64,000 nt of DNA, taken from IMG/VR virus record IMGVR_UViG_3300042691_019380, positions 28,856 through 92,855 of that record; one strand, given 5' to 3'. This document shows, piece by piece, positions 45,737 through 57,600 of the stretch. This DNA is from a virus. The position numbers and the translations under genes were made by a program. The notes beneath the pieces were generated by a model that worked only from the letters and a program-made list of their open reading frames with translations, did not search any database and had not been told where the DNA came from. Numbering within the stretch: position 1 is the first letter of the stretch; the number at the start of each line of letters is the position of its first letter.

Positions 45737-47637
45737 CGCATCTTTTTCTTGAGGGAATCCACAACACCTTCTCCCATTGCGACTGCAACCGATGCAGACG
45801 TCGGAAGAACAACCGTAGCAACGAGTGTCCCCGCAGCGTTGGCTGTGACCTGGAACCCCTTCCGGACAAGTTTCGCCACGTACGATGGCGACTTGGACTT
45901 CACAACGACGCTAACTTCCTTGGGGGAGTTCTCGTCTGCGATTTTCTTGACCTGAGCGATCTCGCTGCTGGACAGCGTGCCCGACTTGCGGGCTGGCGTG
46001 ATCGTGTACTTCGACTTCCCCATCTCGACGTCGAAGACTTTCTCGCCCTTGCTGTTATTGACCCGAAGCGTGAGTTTGCCGTCTTTGACCCTCGCCACAG
46101 ACGTCGGCGATCCGCCAAGTCGCTGCACGAGAGCGGCCACTTGCTCTTCGTTCGTGCCGATCTCGTTGATCTTCTCCATGACTCGCGTGGGCTGCATGCT
46201 GTTGTCGTAGAGGCCCTTCACGGCACCGACGGCGGCACCGACGGCGGCACCCTTGGCGATGTAGGGCGGGAACGGCCCGACGGCCCCGGCCGCAACCGCC
46301 GCGCCCTTGATTGCGCCTTTTGCAGCACCGACGGCAGCATCGGCGATCTTGCCGCCAGCGCAGGTGTTGCCTTTCTGGAATCCGCCCTCGCCGGTGCCGC
46401 AGTTTCGCGACTGCGCGAACGCGAGCAGGCTGGCGTACCGACATTCCAGAGACTCGTCGGCGAATCCTCGCCACTCGGCGAGGTCTCGATCTGTCGTCAG
46501 CGCGTACTCGCAGAAGTCTTCGTATGATCTGTGCCCGCGATCCTTGGCCTGCTTGGTTCGCTCCAGCATTCTCTTGTACCGCTGGTAGCCAGCGCTATTC
46601 TTGTCGCTGAAATCAAGCGTGAGCGAGAGGCCGCTGCCGTTCTTCGACCACCACTTCTCTCCAGCCTTCGTGCTGATAACGTCTTGGAGCGTGAGCGGCT
46701 CTCCTCGCCTTGCCTTTGCCTCGTGTTCCGGGGACAGGATCGGAGACGGAAGGGAATTGCTGTCGATCTCTGAGAGTATTCGCGACACTCTCGCTGGAGA
46801 GAGTTCGGCGTCGAAGCCGAATCGACCCCAGAGCCTGTAGCCCTGGTAGGTAGGATGATTGGCGTCGCCAGCCGCGAACGTCTTCGCTTTTGAGACTCCT
46901 GCTTTTTCGGCCTCCTCCAGCGACGCGATCATCTTGCTAATGACCATCGCGCCGAGTTGCCGCTCGATTGGCGACTCGCCGTGCTGGGACGAAGACTTCT
47001 CTCTCTCAATCGCCGACGCTACTCCGTTATCGAAGTCGAAGTGGCCGTAGAGGGCGATCGGCGGCTCGTCGCCGTACTTTCTGATGGCGACATCGAGGCT
47101 AACGTATCCGACTGGCCGCTGCCCTGGCCCTTGCCTTCCGCCAGCATAGACGGGAGCCTGGGACTCGACGGTGATCGTCTTGGCGTCGACAACGACCGAC
47201 GGAGAGTACGCCGTCGGGCCCGAGCGACGCACCCTCTCGCTCTCAGTGGAGATATCCACTTCTGAGTTTTTCCCGTCGGCCGCGCCGAAACGCACGACCG
47301 AGGCCACGCTCTCGAATCCAGACTCCTTAGCGATCGTCGAGAATGTCTTGGCGTTGTCTACCTTGATTGCTTTGATATCCGGAAGCCCCGGAATGCCGCC
47401 GCGATGCGAGACGGCTCGGTCGCTGCTCCACCGTCCAGGGAATCCGTTTGCTGTGTTCGGTCTTTGGCGAGGGGCTTCGGCCGACGAAGACTGCCCGCCG
47501 CCGTCAGCGGCACACGTGTTGCCTGGAGCGAACTGCCCGGACTCACGTCCGCAGTCCTCGCCCATTGGGAGAGTCAACTGCCGATCTCGGGCCTCGATGA
47601 ACGCAACGAGGCTCGCGTACCTCGCCTGCAAACTCAT
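45733..47637 (-). CDS. Multidomain head-module protein: Cys-tag, GNAT-like domain, Cys-tag, glycine-zipper domain
   Basis: DCGRESGQFAPGNTC; AAG...GYRLWGRFGFD...GEKWWSKNG; RNCGTGEGGFQKGNTC; GAAVGAAVG. Confidence 0.75.
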   Translation of the reverse strand: MSLQARYASLVAFIEARDRQLTLPMGEDCGRESGQFAPGNTCAADGGGQSSSAEAPRQRPNTANGFPGRWSSDRAVSHRGGIPGLPDIKAIKVDNAKTFSTIAKESGFESVASVVRFGAADGKNSEVDISTESERVRRSGPTAYSPSVVVDAKTITVESQAPVYAGGRQGPGQRPVGYVSLDVAIRKYGDEPPIALYGHFDFDNGVASAIEREKSSSQHGESPIERQLGAMVISKMIASLEEAEKAGVSKAKTFAAGDANHPTYQGYRLWGRFGFDAELSPARVSRILSEIDSNSLPSPILSPEHEAKARRGEPLTLQDVISTKAGEKWWSKNGSGLSLTLDFSDKNSAGYQRYKRMLERTKQAKDRGHRSYEDFCEYALTTDRDLAEWRGFADESLECRYASLLAFAQSRNCGTGEGGFQKGNTCAGGKIADAAVGAAKGAIKGAAVAAGAVGPFPPYIAKGAAVGAAVGAVKGLYDNSMQPTRVMEKINEIGTNEEQVAALVQRLGGSPTSVARVKDGKLTLRVNNSKGEKVFDVEMGKSKYTITPARKSGTLSSSEIAQVKKIADENSPKEVSVVVKSKSPSYVAKLVRKGFQVTANAAGTLVATVVLPTSASVAVAMGEGVVDSLKKKMR

Positions 47638-50489
47638 CTCGCTCGTTCCCTGAGAAACGCCATGGTCTCGCGGACCACGTCGTGCGACCGCTTGCCCTTC
47701 TTCTTGGCAATCTCTTCGCTGGCTTTCTTGTAGGCATCGGTCGCGTCGCCGTCGAACGGATACTGTTCAGTCTTGCTCCCATCGGGGTGCTGGCCCTGCA
47801 CGTACCCCTTGTCGGTGCCGACTTGCTTCGTAGTCCACGGGAAGTCGTCGCCTTTACTCCATGTCTGGACTCCGCCGCCGTCGTCGGACTTGCCGCCAGA
47901 CTTGCCGCCGCGAGCCAACTGGCCTTCGCGGGCTTTGTCGATGAACTCTTGGGCTTCTTTGTCCTTGCCCTTCTTCCACTCCATGTAGCCGCCGGATTCT
48001 TTCTTCTCTTTCGGGGGCTTAACTTTCGGCGTGCCGCTTTGGGGAGACTTCGGCTTGCCTCCGCCGCCTCCAGGTCGCGGCTTATCTTGCTTTCCGCCGC
48101 CGCCCTGCGGCTTGCTTCCATCAGTCGCAGTGCATGAGTTGTCGATGCCTCCGCCTTCTCCAGTGGGGCAGAACCCGCGACGCTCTTGCAGGAACTCTCG
48201 CAAGTCGTCGAGGCTTCGCTTGGATTTCTTTGACAAAACCTTCACAAACTGAGCGACACCGTCCGGACGCTTGGCGTCAATCGCAGAAGTTGACGGAACA
48301 AACCCATTTGCCGTGAGAATCTTGATCGAGCCGCCGTCTGACTGCTTCACGGCAGTCGTTACCGCAGAAGCGCCTGCGGTCCTTGCCATCTTTTCAGCCC
48401 TCGCCAGACCGGCTTTCGACACGCCTGATGGGTGAATCGAGTTCTTCTCGCCAACGAGAACAGGGCCTTCCGCGTATCCCATCTGAAGCCCGTCAGCCTC
48501 GTTGATCCACTTGTTCGAGTGGAAAGAAAACGACTCATCCCCCTTAATGACAACAAATCCTCCGCCTGGAATTGATTTGAAGTCAGACCCCTTTCCGGAC
48601 TGGCGGACAACATCGTTGAAGTTCTTGGACTTCATTCCAACGTCTTTCGCGACAGCAGATGCCTTCATCATTCCAGCGAGTTTCTGCTCGTCTTTCGTGC
48701 CACCAGAAGAAGGAACTTGTGCCGGGGAAAGGTCGTCGTCCGGCTCGGTTCCGTCTGACGTAAACAAGCGAACAAGCAGCCCGGCGGCGCCGCCGAGGAG
48801 AGCGCCTGCGAGGGCTCCTGGCAGTCCTCCGGCAACAAGCCCAACCGCGCCGCCGATTCCTGCTCCGATTTTCGTCGATTCGTCAGAGGCAACTGCTTCG
48901 TCGTACTTATCCTTGGCCTTCTTGGCGGCTTCGATGTTGCTATCGCCGCCGCCCTTTCCGCTAGCCCCGCACGAGTTATCAATGCCGCCGCCTTCGCCAG
49001 TCGGGCAGAACCCGCGACGCTCTTGCAAGAACTGCTTGGTCTTCGCCAACTCCTCGGCGACCTTGGCCTTCACCTTGTTGCGAGACTCAGCGTGTCCAGA
49101 CTTCTGGAACTGCTGATAACTTCTCTTGGCTACGGCAACAGTTGCGTCGCCATACGCCGGGTAGGTCACTGGGCCGCAATCCAGAAGTGACTTGATTTTC
49201 GTTACAAGTCTCGTCGAGCGGCCGCCTTCGTAACTCCATTTTTCGCCGCCTTCGGCGACGACGAAACTGAAACTTGATCCGCGCAAGTCTCCGCGAGCGA
49301 TGCTCTCGGCGATGTCCTGGCGAGACTCGGGCAGCAGGCACTCGTACCGGAGACCCTTCTCGTCGACGGTCATCTTCATCGTCGTCGGGAATCGGCCGAG
49401 CAGATGATTGGGGTCGTGGTTAAACAGGCAGCGAGTTTCCAGCGGTCTCCCCTCGCCATCTTCGCGGCTCTCGACAAGCGAGAACGCACTGGGGTCAATT
49501 CTCTCCACAAAGTCCCCGAGTAGCAACGAGTCTTTTCCAAAGCGGGCCGCATACCCGACAAGGTAAGTCTGCTGCTTCCCAGTGCTTGGGTCAGCCCGCT
49601 TTTCGACTCGAAGCAGATCGGGGTCGGCCTTCTCGACGTTGCTGAAATTGCCAAGAAACCGACGCTCGACGTTGGGAAGCACTGGGGCACTCCTTTGCTC
49701 GGGTGAAAAATACCGCTCGACAACCTCTCGCAACTCGTCGGCGACTGGCTGTCGTTCCGGGTCTTCCTCGATTCGCTTCAGGCACTCCTCTTTCGGAGTG
49801 TCAATGTGGATGTACTCGACCGGAATGTCCGACAACTGGCCCTTCATGTCGTCGCCGACTTGGGTCGTAATGATCCAAGTCTTGTCGACCGACGGCTGCC
49901 GAAGGGCCTTTTCGATAATAAGGCTTCGTATGTCCGTACAATAAGTGATCAGGTTCTTGTTTTTCTGGTGCGGAGGCAGGCCAGACAGGGCGCTCATCAC
50001 CTTGTTGAAGTCAAAGACAACGTCGTTGTCGCCCTTGTTCTGCATCACGTAGGACGTCTTGCCGCTGGCTGGGGCGCCGTGAACGACGAAGACTTTGGGT
50101 TTGATCCCCTGAGTCGAGCCGAAGGGCCGAAGGGAGCGGCTCTCCTCCTCGTCGGCTGCGTTCATCTGCTCGACGACCTTGCGGGCGTACGCCCATCCGG
50201 CGTCGGAACCCCAAAGAGCCCAGGCGATGCGGCCGTTCGAGGGGAATCCGTCGTCTCCGGGGTTCCAGCCATTGCCCTTCTTGTCGATCTCGTGCCGATC
50301 GAAGTAGGCCTTCATGCGACGCACTGTGGAGGGCGAGAGTTTGACTCCGTTTGCCAAGTCTCTCGCCCTGGTGATGCCAACAGCAGTGCCGCCTCGGCCA
50401 TGCTCGCGACGCCATGCGAGGCCTTTTTCGGCTTCCTTGCGGACGCCCTCGGGAGGCGTGAAGTCGATGTGGGAGTATTTTTCAGGCAT
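47634..50489 (-). CDS. HK97-type prohead protease fused to an N-terminal head-associated domain, a P-loop domain and C-terminal tagged domains
   Basis: GYAA.F, F.E.I...AF, LFNHD...LLGR, SFSF, PVTYPAY; GAPASGKT; two RGFCPTGEGGGIDNSC. Confidence 0.88.
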   Translation of the reverse strand: MPEKYSHIDFTPPEGVRKEAEKGLAWRREHGRGGTAVGITRARDLANGVKLSPSTVRRMKAYFDRHEIDKKGNGWNPGDDGFPSNGRIAWALWGSDAGWAYARKVVEQMNAADEEESRSLRPFGSTQGIKPKVFVVHGAPASGKTSYVMQNKGDNDVVFDFNKVMSALSGLPPHQKNKNLITYCTDIRSLIIEKALRQPSVDKTWIITTQVGDDMKGQLSDIPVEYIHIDTPKEECLKRIEEDPERQPVADELREVVERYFSPEQRSAPVLPNVERRFLGNFSNVEKADPDLLRVEKRADPSTGKQQTYLVGYAARFGKDSLLLGDFVERIDPSAFSLVESREDGEGRPLETRCLFNHDPNHLLGRFPTTMKMTVDEKGLRYECLLPESRQDIAESIARGDLRGSSFSFVVAEGGEKWSYEGGRSTRLVTKIKSLLDCGPVTYPAYGDATVAVAKRSYQQFQKSGHAESRNKVKAKVAEELAKTKQFLQERRGFCPTGEGGGIDNSCGASGKGGGDSNIEAAKKAKDKYDEAVASDESTKIGAGIGGAVGLVAGGLPGALAGALLGGAAGLLVRLFTSDGTEPDDDLSPAQVPSSGGTKDEQKLAGMMKASAVAKDVGMKSKNFNDVVRQSGKGSDFKSIPGGGFVVIKGDESFSFHSNKWINEADGLQMGYAEGPVLVGEKNSIHPSGVSKAGLARAEKMARTAGASAVTTAVKQSDGGSIKILTANGFVPSTSAIDAKRPDGVAQFVKVLSKKSKRSLDDLREFLQERRGFCPTGEGGGIDNSCTATDGSKPQGGGGKQDKPRPGGGGGKPKSPQSGTPKVKPPKEKKESGGYMEWKKGKDKEAQEFIDKAREGQLARGGKSGGKSDDGGGVQTWSKGDDFPWTTKQVGTDKGYVQGQHPDGSKTEQYPFDGDATDAYKKASEEIAKKKGKRSHDVVRETMAFLRERAR

Positions 50490-51630
50490 TGTCATTCCAC
50501 TCGTAGTCGTCCAGTTCCCCGTCGTCCCAAATCTCCTGCCACATTTCGTCCAGGCGAACGAGGTCTTCAGGCGACATCCAGTCGTCTCCGGAGCCCAGAG
50601 GCATCTCACGGCGGCTCTCTCCGAACTTCTTGATGAACCTGTCCATGATCTTGGCCTGCGGGCTCGACCTGTCCTTGAGATCGAACGTCACGTCGAGGTC
50701 TTCGCCGTTGTCTCGCCACCACTTTGTGCCCTCTGGGGTGGCGTGCAGATCAAGCAGAGACTTGGCGTGCGACAAGTCTGGCGGAAGTTTCGCCTTGATG
50801 CTGGCCGGAAGCGGCGCATCAAAGCCCATGCGGGGCCAGATCGTGTAGCCCCGCCAGGGCGTAGACGTCACGCTGCCCTTTGTGGCCGAAGAGTTCCCGG
50901 CCGCATTGAGGACGATCCGCGAGACTCCAGCCTTGCGGGCTGCTTCTACTGAGGAAGTCATGGCCCGATAGAACTCGCGAGCAGCGGCATGCCGCTTCGA
51001 GTCGTCAGACTTGATCTGGTCGGACACGTTGATCGTGCTGTGGTAGACGACAGCCTCGCCGGACGCAGTCACGCCGATCACAGACGAGCCGTGCAGTCCG
51101 CTCTCGACTCCGGCGAAGTCACGCTCGAAGGCGAACATCACTGGCGTGACCTTCGAGCCAGGGAACTCCATCGAGAAGTCCGGAGCAGGGCGGACGAAGA
51201 CGTCTGATCCTTCGCTTCCACCAGCGACCATCGGGGCCAACTTCGGGTCGATTCCAGCCGCGTCAAGCGACGCCTTCACGGCCTTCGGGGCCGAGACGTT
51301 GATCGAGCCGTAGCGGCCGTCGCCAACTGGCGGCGGCGACGTGTCTCGCGACGTCTCAGGCCACGAGAAAGTCTCATTGGACGACCAGCGGTCGCCAGAC
51401 GGAGCAGCGGTGGCGGTTCCGCCGTTGCCTTCGTCCGCCGCGCAGTCGTTGCCGCTTCCGAACTTGCCGCTCTCGTCCCGCCCGCAGTCGGCAGAGCGAA
51501 AACTCTTCTTACCGGCAGGGCGCTTTCGCTTTCGCTCTGCGATTGCGTCCAGCAAATGCTGCGGCTTCTTCCAGTCAGGGCCAGCGAGGGACTTCGAGTT
51601 GCCAACGAGTCTTTCGAGCAAAGTCGCCAT
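50482..51630 (-). CDS. Head-module protein: Cys-tag and GNAT-like domain
   Basis: DCGRDESGKFGSGNDC; AAG...GYTIWPRMGFD...EGTKWWRDNG; TGATG-coupled. Confidence 0.75.
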   Translation of the reverse strand: MATLLERLVGNSKSLAGPDWKKPQHLLDAIAERKRKRPAGKKSFRSADCGRDESGKFGSGNDCAADEGNGGTATAAPSGDRWSSNETFSWPETSRDTSPPPVGDGRYGSINVSAPKAVKASLDAAGIDPKLAPMVAGGSEGSDVFVRPAPDFSMEFPGSKVTPVMFAFERDFAGVESGLHGSSVIGVTASGEAVVYHSTINVSDQIKSDDSKRHAAAREFYRAMTSSVEAARKAGVSRIVLNAAGNSSATKGSVTSTPWRGYTIWPRMGFDAPLPASIKAKLPPDLSHAKSLLDLHATPEGTKWWRDNGEDLDVTFDLKDRSSPQAKIMDRFIKKFGESRREMPLGSGDDWMSPEDLVRLDEMWQEIWDDGELDDYEWNDNA

Positions 51631-54600
51631 CAGTAATCCTTGTCCTCGTCGACATAGAACACCATTCCTGTTTTCGTGCGGACGGCTCCTGTGATTCGCA
51701 TCTTCGACGGAGGGCGAATCACCTCGGCTTCCTCTCTTGTGTTTTGCGAATACACATATCCAACGCGAGGTTTTCGGGCGACTAACAGAAGCCGATTCGC
51801 TCCGAACGATCTCGCGGTTCCGCGTGACGTTGTCCAACTATTAACAGAATCGTGAAACACATACCCCCACTTAAGCATTTGCTCTGCTTCGTGGGCGTCG
51901 ACGCTCAGGCCTCTGTACAACTGCAAGCAGCATTCGATAGTCTCGCGAGCGACGGCTTTTTGGAAGTCCTTGCTCATCTGCTCGGCAGCGACGCTTCTCG
52001 CCTCCTCTCGCAACTGATCAATCTCTTCGTCTATCAATTCATTCTCTTTCCAAAGCCAGTCCTCTTGCTCCTTTTGCCTTTCCTCGTCGGTCATGCTGTC
52101 CCATCGCTCTCCGAACTCTTCCTTCTTGTCGAGAGACTTCCACCTCTCTTCGTTTTCTATCTTCTTTTCTCGCTTTAGGTCATCTGCCGCATAGTCGTCG
52201 ATTGCTCCGTACTCGGCGCCGTAAGTGTCAATTTCGTCGCTGCCGTCGCTGCTGAAGCCTGTGAAGTATCCGTACGCCTTGCCTGTGTATGCCTCAAGCG
52301 GCCCCCATCCAGTCTCGATGTCACTGTCAGGCTGGAGTTGCCTTGCTGCCTCGAATGTCACGCCAAGACCAAGATCGCGGCCGTGGCCCTCGATCTCGTC
52401 GAGATAGTCTGGCGTTGACGTATCCCGGCGATCGACAACGAGGATGTCTCCTGCATCGCTTTTGAATGTTTCGGCAGTCTCTCGCTTGTCCGCTTCTGTG
52501 CGAAAGTCTCCGGAAGTTTCATCCGACGTGCCGTCGCCTTCCTCTTGGCACTTATTGTCCTGCCCGAACCGGCCGCTCTCGTCCCGCCCGCAGTCGGCGG
52601 AGCGATAGTCAGTCTTAGCATTGCGAGGCGGCGATGACGGGTCTCGACCGTTGCCGTACTTCGGGATTCGCACGAAAACGGAATTGCCAACGCTGATCGA
52701 GTCAACGCCGCCGACAATCTCTTTTCCGTTACGCTTGTCGTAGTAGTACGTTGCCGTCTTCGGGTTGTATCCAACGGGAGTCCAGTCATCGATGTCTTCA
52801 GGGATTTCTCGGCTCGGGTCGAACTTGCCCTTCACTGTCGAGTGAGTGTTCTTGTTCGTCTTCCCGCGAGCGATCTTTGTCGCGGCTGTTTCCCCGACTC
52901 GGAAGTCCACGTCGCCCTTCAGGCGAATGATCGAGTCGTATCCGATCGCGGCCCCAACTCCAGCGCCGTTTACATGCTCGTGCGCAGTGACAACATAAGT
53001 GCCGTGTTTCTCAAATGCCGGGATGTCGATTCGGAGGTCGAGCAGATACCCGGCCGGAAGAGTTCTGTGAGCCCCGTATTTTTCTCTCTGCGGCTCTTTT
53101 AGCGATGAGATAGCGTCTTCGTCGGATGGCAGGATCGCGAAGTCTGAGTTGCGAGACGACTCGGCTGGCGTGAACGGCTCATAAGACTTGAGAGACTTGT
53201 CGCCAGCAGGGATCGGCTCCTTCCCCTTGTCGGACGCACTGCACGAGTTGTCGATCCCGCCGCCGTCGCCTGTCGGACAGTACGCGCGAGACTCCGCCGC
53301 CCCCTTCATCAACCAAGGCCGCACCTTTCGGTGCTGATACCCAAGTGGCTCGTCGCTCTCGTATTCAGCATCAATGGCACGGCGGACCTTGCGGTTCCGT
53401 TTCGCCAACTCAGCCTTGATGATTTCTGGGCCGACCTTCGAGGCGTAGGCATTCTGCGGCGCGTAGTTGCCAGTCTTCTCGTAGACGGCGTTCTGGCCGA
53501 ACGTCTCGGCGAACAACGCAGGCCATGCACTCTCGGGGAGAGTCGAGGCGTGAGTCAGCATGCCGTTGTATTCGCCGTTGGCCGAGAACGAGTAGCCGCC
53601 GCGAACGTGAGCGACCATGTCATGCACGACACGGAACAAGTCGTTGGCGATCATCGGCTCGCCGTCGGCAGTCTTGTACTTCGTCTCGCGAAGCATCGGG
53701 TGGTCTGGCGTTGCTGCACCAGTGCCGAAGCCCTTGTCGGTCATAAAGAACGAGAACTCGCCAGTCTTGGCGACCTCTTCTCGCATCTTGTCTGAGTTTG
53801 GCTTCGTGCTGCCCGGCGGGTCTCCGTATGGCTCGCCCTCGCCTTTCCAGGCTTTCGCCTTGAGGCCAGCAGCGGTCAGTGCCTCATACTGCCGCCCGAT
53901 CTCGTCGATGAGGTCTTTGTAGGACGCCTCGGCTTCGGGAGTGAGCGAAGCGCCCGATGAACCCTGCTCGTCGGCGGCGGCGGTGATGACTTTCTCGGGC
54001 GGAGTGTCCGCGCGGCCGCGAGACCTGTCCCAGATCGACTTCGGGCTTGGGGAGACAGAGTCGATGGCATCGCGGAACTTCGCCGAGCCGCGAGGAAATG
54101 ACCTGGGCATGGACTCGGGGCTGCGGCTCGAAGATGACGTGCCAGCAGAAGAGCCGTCGTCAGAGCCGCACGAGTTGTCGACGCCGCCGCCTTCGCCGGT
54201 GGGGCAGAAGGCGCGGGATTCTTTCTTGGCGTTACGTCGCAAGAACTCGACCGCGAGATCGGCGAACTCGTCGTCGCTAATCTCGGACATGAATCCGTCG
54301 TACGCAGCCTGCTCGAATCCGCCTTTCTGGTCTCCGTAGAACGGCAGCGGCATAGGCTCTTCGACGTCGCCGAGAGATCGCTTGCTTTCTCGCCTCCTGT
54401 CATGCAGGTTCTGGGGCTCATTGACAATCTTGCGAATCACGTCCGAGTAGAGAGATGGAACCCCAGGGACAGTCGTCGTTCGCGACCCAAGCATTCCCCA
54501 CGTGTCCTGCTCGTCTTGCCAGAGAATGTCCTGCATGTAAGCGACTGAAACTCCAGTTCGCTTCGCCGCCTCTCGCATCACGCGAATCATGTTCGATCGC

Positions 54601-57600
54601 ATGACTGTCGTCTCTGGCTGAGACATGAGACTTGCTTGATTGCTCAGTATGTTGACGGCAAGCCTGTCGAGTTTGTATCGCTTCTCTGTTCCAGTCCCCT
54701 TCTTTGGGCTCGGGAATCCGTCCTTCTTGTATTGCTTATCTCTGGCCTCTGCCCAATCGACAATCTGCTGCGCGATCTCGCCCTTTTGCTTCATTCGCGA
54801 GACCAGCGTCCTGAAACTTCTTCCATCCAGGCCGAGATTCGCGAGTTCCTTGCGGCCAATTGCCCCTGTGGCTGACATCAACTCTGTGCCGTGCTTCTTG
54901 GCTCTGTCCGCTGACGTCTGCGAAACCAACTCTCCGGAGAGACGACCCCACGTTCGCGTGAACCAGATGTCGGCCGTTAAAGCCTCGGTGTCTCCGGTGT
55001 TGTTCGCGAAGAACGGCCCAACCTTCGGGCCAAAGATGCTGAACGGCGGAACTACTTCGGCGACTGCATAACTGTTGGCCTCGTACCGCTCCCCATCGCT
55101 TCCTGGCACCTTCGATAGAAAAAACTTCTCGAAGTCTTTCACTGCGATAGATGGGCCAGAAAACAGACGGCGAGTCTCTTCAAGCCCGACGCGGTCGATG
55201 ATCTTCTGAAGCCTGGAGAAGTTCGTGAGAGTGTTCTGAGCGCCAGCACCAGCCATCGCTACGCCCGCCCCGAGTTTTGCCTTCGACGGGTCTGGCTCTT
55301 CAAAGAACGCTGTCAGCACTGAGTCCGCTCGCAGCATGTTCTCGTATGGGTTCGCTTCTGGAGACGTAAGCGCCTGCGCGGCGCGAAACAGAAACTCGGC
55401 CTGCGGAGAAATGCCGTCCGAAGGCTCACACTCTCCATTGGGCCCCACGACTCCGATGCAAAAACCGGAGGCCGTTTTGCCTCCACGCATGAGCGGCTGA
55501 ACCTCGGCGTACGCCTCGACCTGAGCCTTGCGGTCCTCTGGGCTGTAAAAGTTTGGAGCCACGCCGCGACTCACGGCGGACTCAACCTGGGAGACGATTC
55601 CAGACACCATATACTCGAAGTCTTCGCCGCTTAGCGACTTCGTGGTGTCTATAATCCGGCCGCGATGCTCTGCCTGTCTCGCAAGGAGATGTCTGCCAAC
55701 GTCAAGCGGCTCGATCTCGTCCTTGCCAGCCAGACCGCGAACGACCTTCGCCCCAGGGATCGACGTGGAGAGAATCTTCTTTCCGTTTTCGCTTTTCTTT
55801 GTCGGATTGTTCTGCGACGCTTCGCGAAAGATGTCGACATGACTGTCGCCCGGCCGCCACTTGAGCGGCTCGCGAAACGCCCCTGGCTTCTTCGTCGATC
55901 GAGGCTTCTTGTCCTCGACAGCCGTTCCGCCCCCGTCCTCAGACGCGCAGTCGTTCTTTGGGCCGAACTTTCCGCCGTCGACGCGACCGCAGTCGTCTTT
56001 TCGATACTCAACCCCGACAACAAACTCGCTGCGGTTCTTGTTTCGCTCCTTGAGCCGTTCGAGCATCTTCTTCATCCGCGCGAAACGCTTGTAGCCCGCA
56101 GTAGTCTGGTCGGTGAAGTCGAGCGTCAATTCAATCGTCGACCCGTTCTCGTTCCACCAGCGATCGCCTTCCGGAGTGGCGATCAACTGCTGGACGGTCA
56201 TGCTTCCACTATTGGCTCGTCGCTTCTGCTCTGGGGTAAGTTTGACGTCTTCTTTGATTGAGTCGATGTCCGCGCGATCAATCAGTCCATCGAACCCAAA
56301 CTGCGGCCACAGTCGATACCCCTGCAATGCACTGCCTGAGTTTCCGGCAGCAATCGTGTCGGCGCGAATCGCGCCGGATTCTTCTGCGACAGACAGGGAC
56401 TCGGTCATTCGCTCAAGAACCATACTGACGATCCGCCGCCTGTCGGCCGAGTCGCCTTCGGTGTCGCCGTCGATCGAAGACATGGCGCCTGAGTCGAGAG
56501 ACATGCTGTCGTAGTTGACGACGAGATTCCCATCGTCGTCTTTCATTAGCGACACCATGTTCTTGATATGGCCGAGCCTGCCAGAGCCATCTGGGGCGAC
56601 TGGAATCGACGAATTGACGATGATCGACTCTCCGTACGAGTCGATGCTGATCGAGCCGCCCTGGCGAACGCCTCCGGAGATCGCGACCACGTTCTCGACT
56701 GTCTTTACTCTCCCCATATCAGAGAGAATGCCCTTTAAAGAGTGGACGTCGTTGACGCTGAAAGAGTCCAGAACCTCCGCGCCTTTAAATGGCGGCGACG
56801 CGGAGACTGCCTCGGCATCCATTTCGAGACTGCCGTCGTCGTCGTCGGCTGGCAATGAACTCCCGCCACCGTCGTCGCTCGCGCAGTCGTTGCCTGCTCC
56901 AAAGCGACCGCCTTCGGCGCGGCCGCAGTCTGCCCCGGCCCGGAACTCCGCCTCTTCGTCGAGCCACTGAAAGAAAGACCGCTCTTGATTTCTTTCACGA
57001 AGTTTCTTGAGTTGCGAGACTCGCTTCTGAAACTTGGCGTAGCCAAGACTCTTCTTGTCCGACAGGTCAAGAACCATGCCGAGCGTAGAGCCATTGTTGT
57101 CCCACCAGAGGTCTCCCTCGCGGAACGAAACAAGGTGCTGGACGTTGATGCTGCTATGCGGCAACGCGGCAGCGAGAGCCCCAGCCGAGGGCTTGATGCG
57201 AGTCGCAAACAAGTCGGGCCTCGCGACTCGCATGACTTTCTCAATGACATCCGGCGGGGCCTTAGCCAGGGCGTGCTTGTGGCTCGGCTCAAGCGGGGCA
57301 TCGAATCCGAACTGCGGCCAGAGCCTGTATCCCTTGAGGTCATATTCAGGTCCGCCTGCGGCAGACATCTTGACGCGAGCGATGCCAGAGTTGTCTGCGG
57401 CCATGATGGACTCGATGACCGCCTGCTGCATGAGGCTCGTGGCCTTGGCGACTCGCTCGCGAGTGGCCTTGACCTCCTGAGTTGGAAACATCTCATTGAG
57501 GCCCAAGACATGCTCTCGGCCCTCTTTGTGGACAGTGACGCCGACATGGAAGTAGCCCTCTGAGCCGTCGCCGCTGCGCGAGACCGGGATTTTGTTCTCG

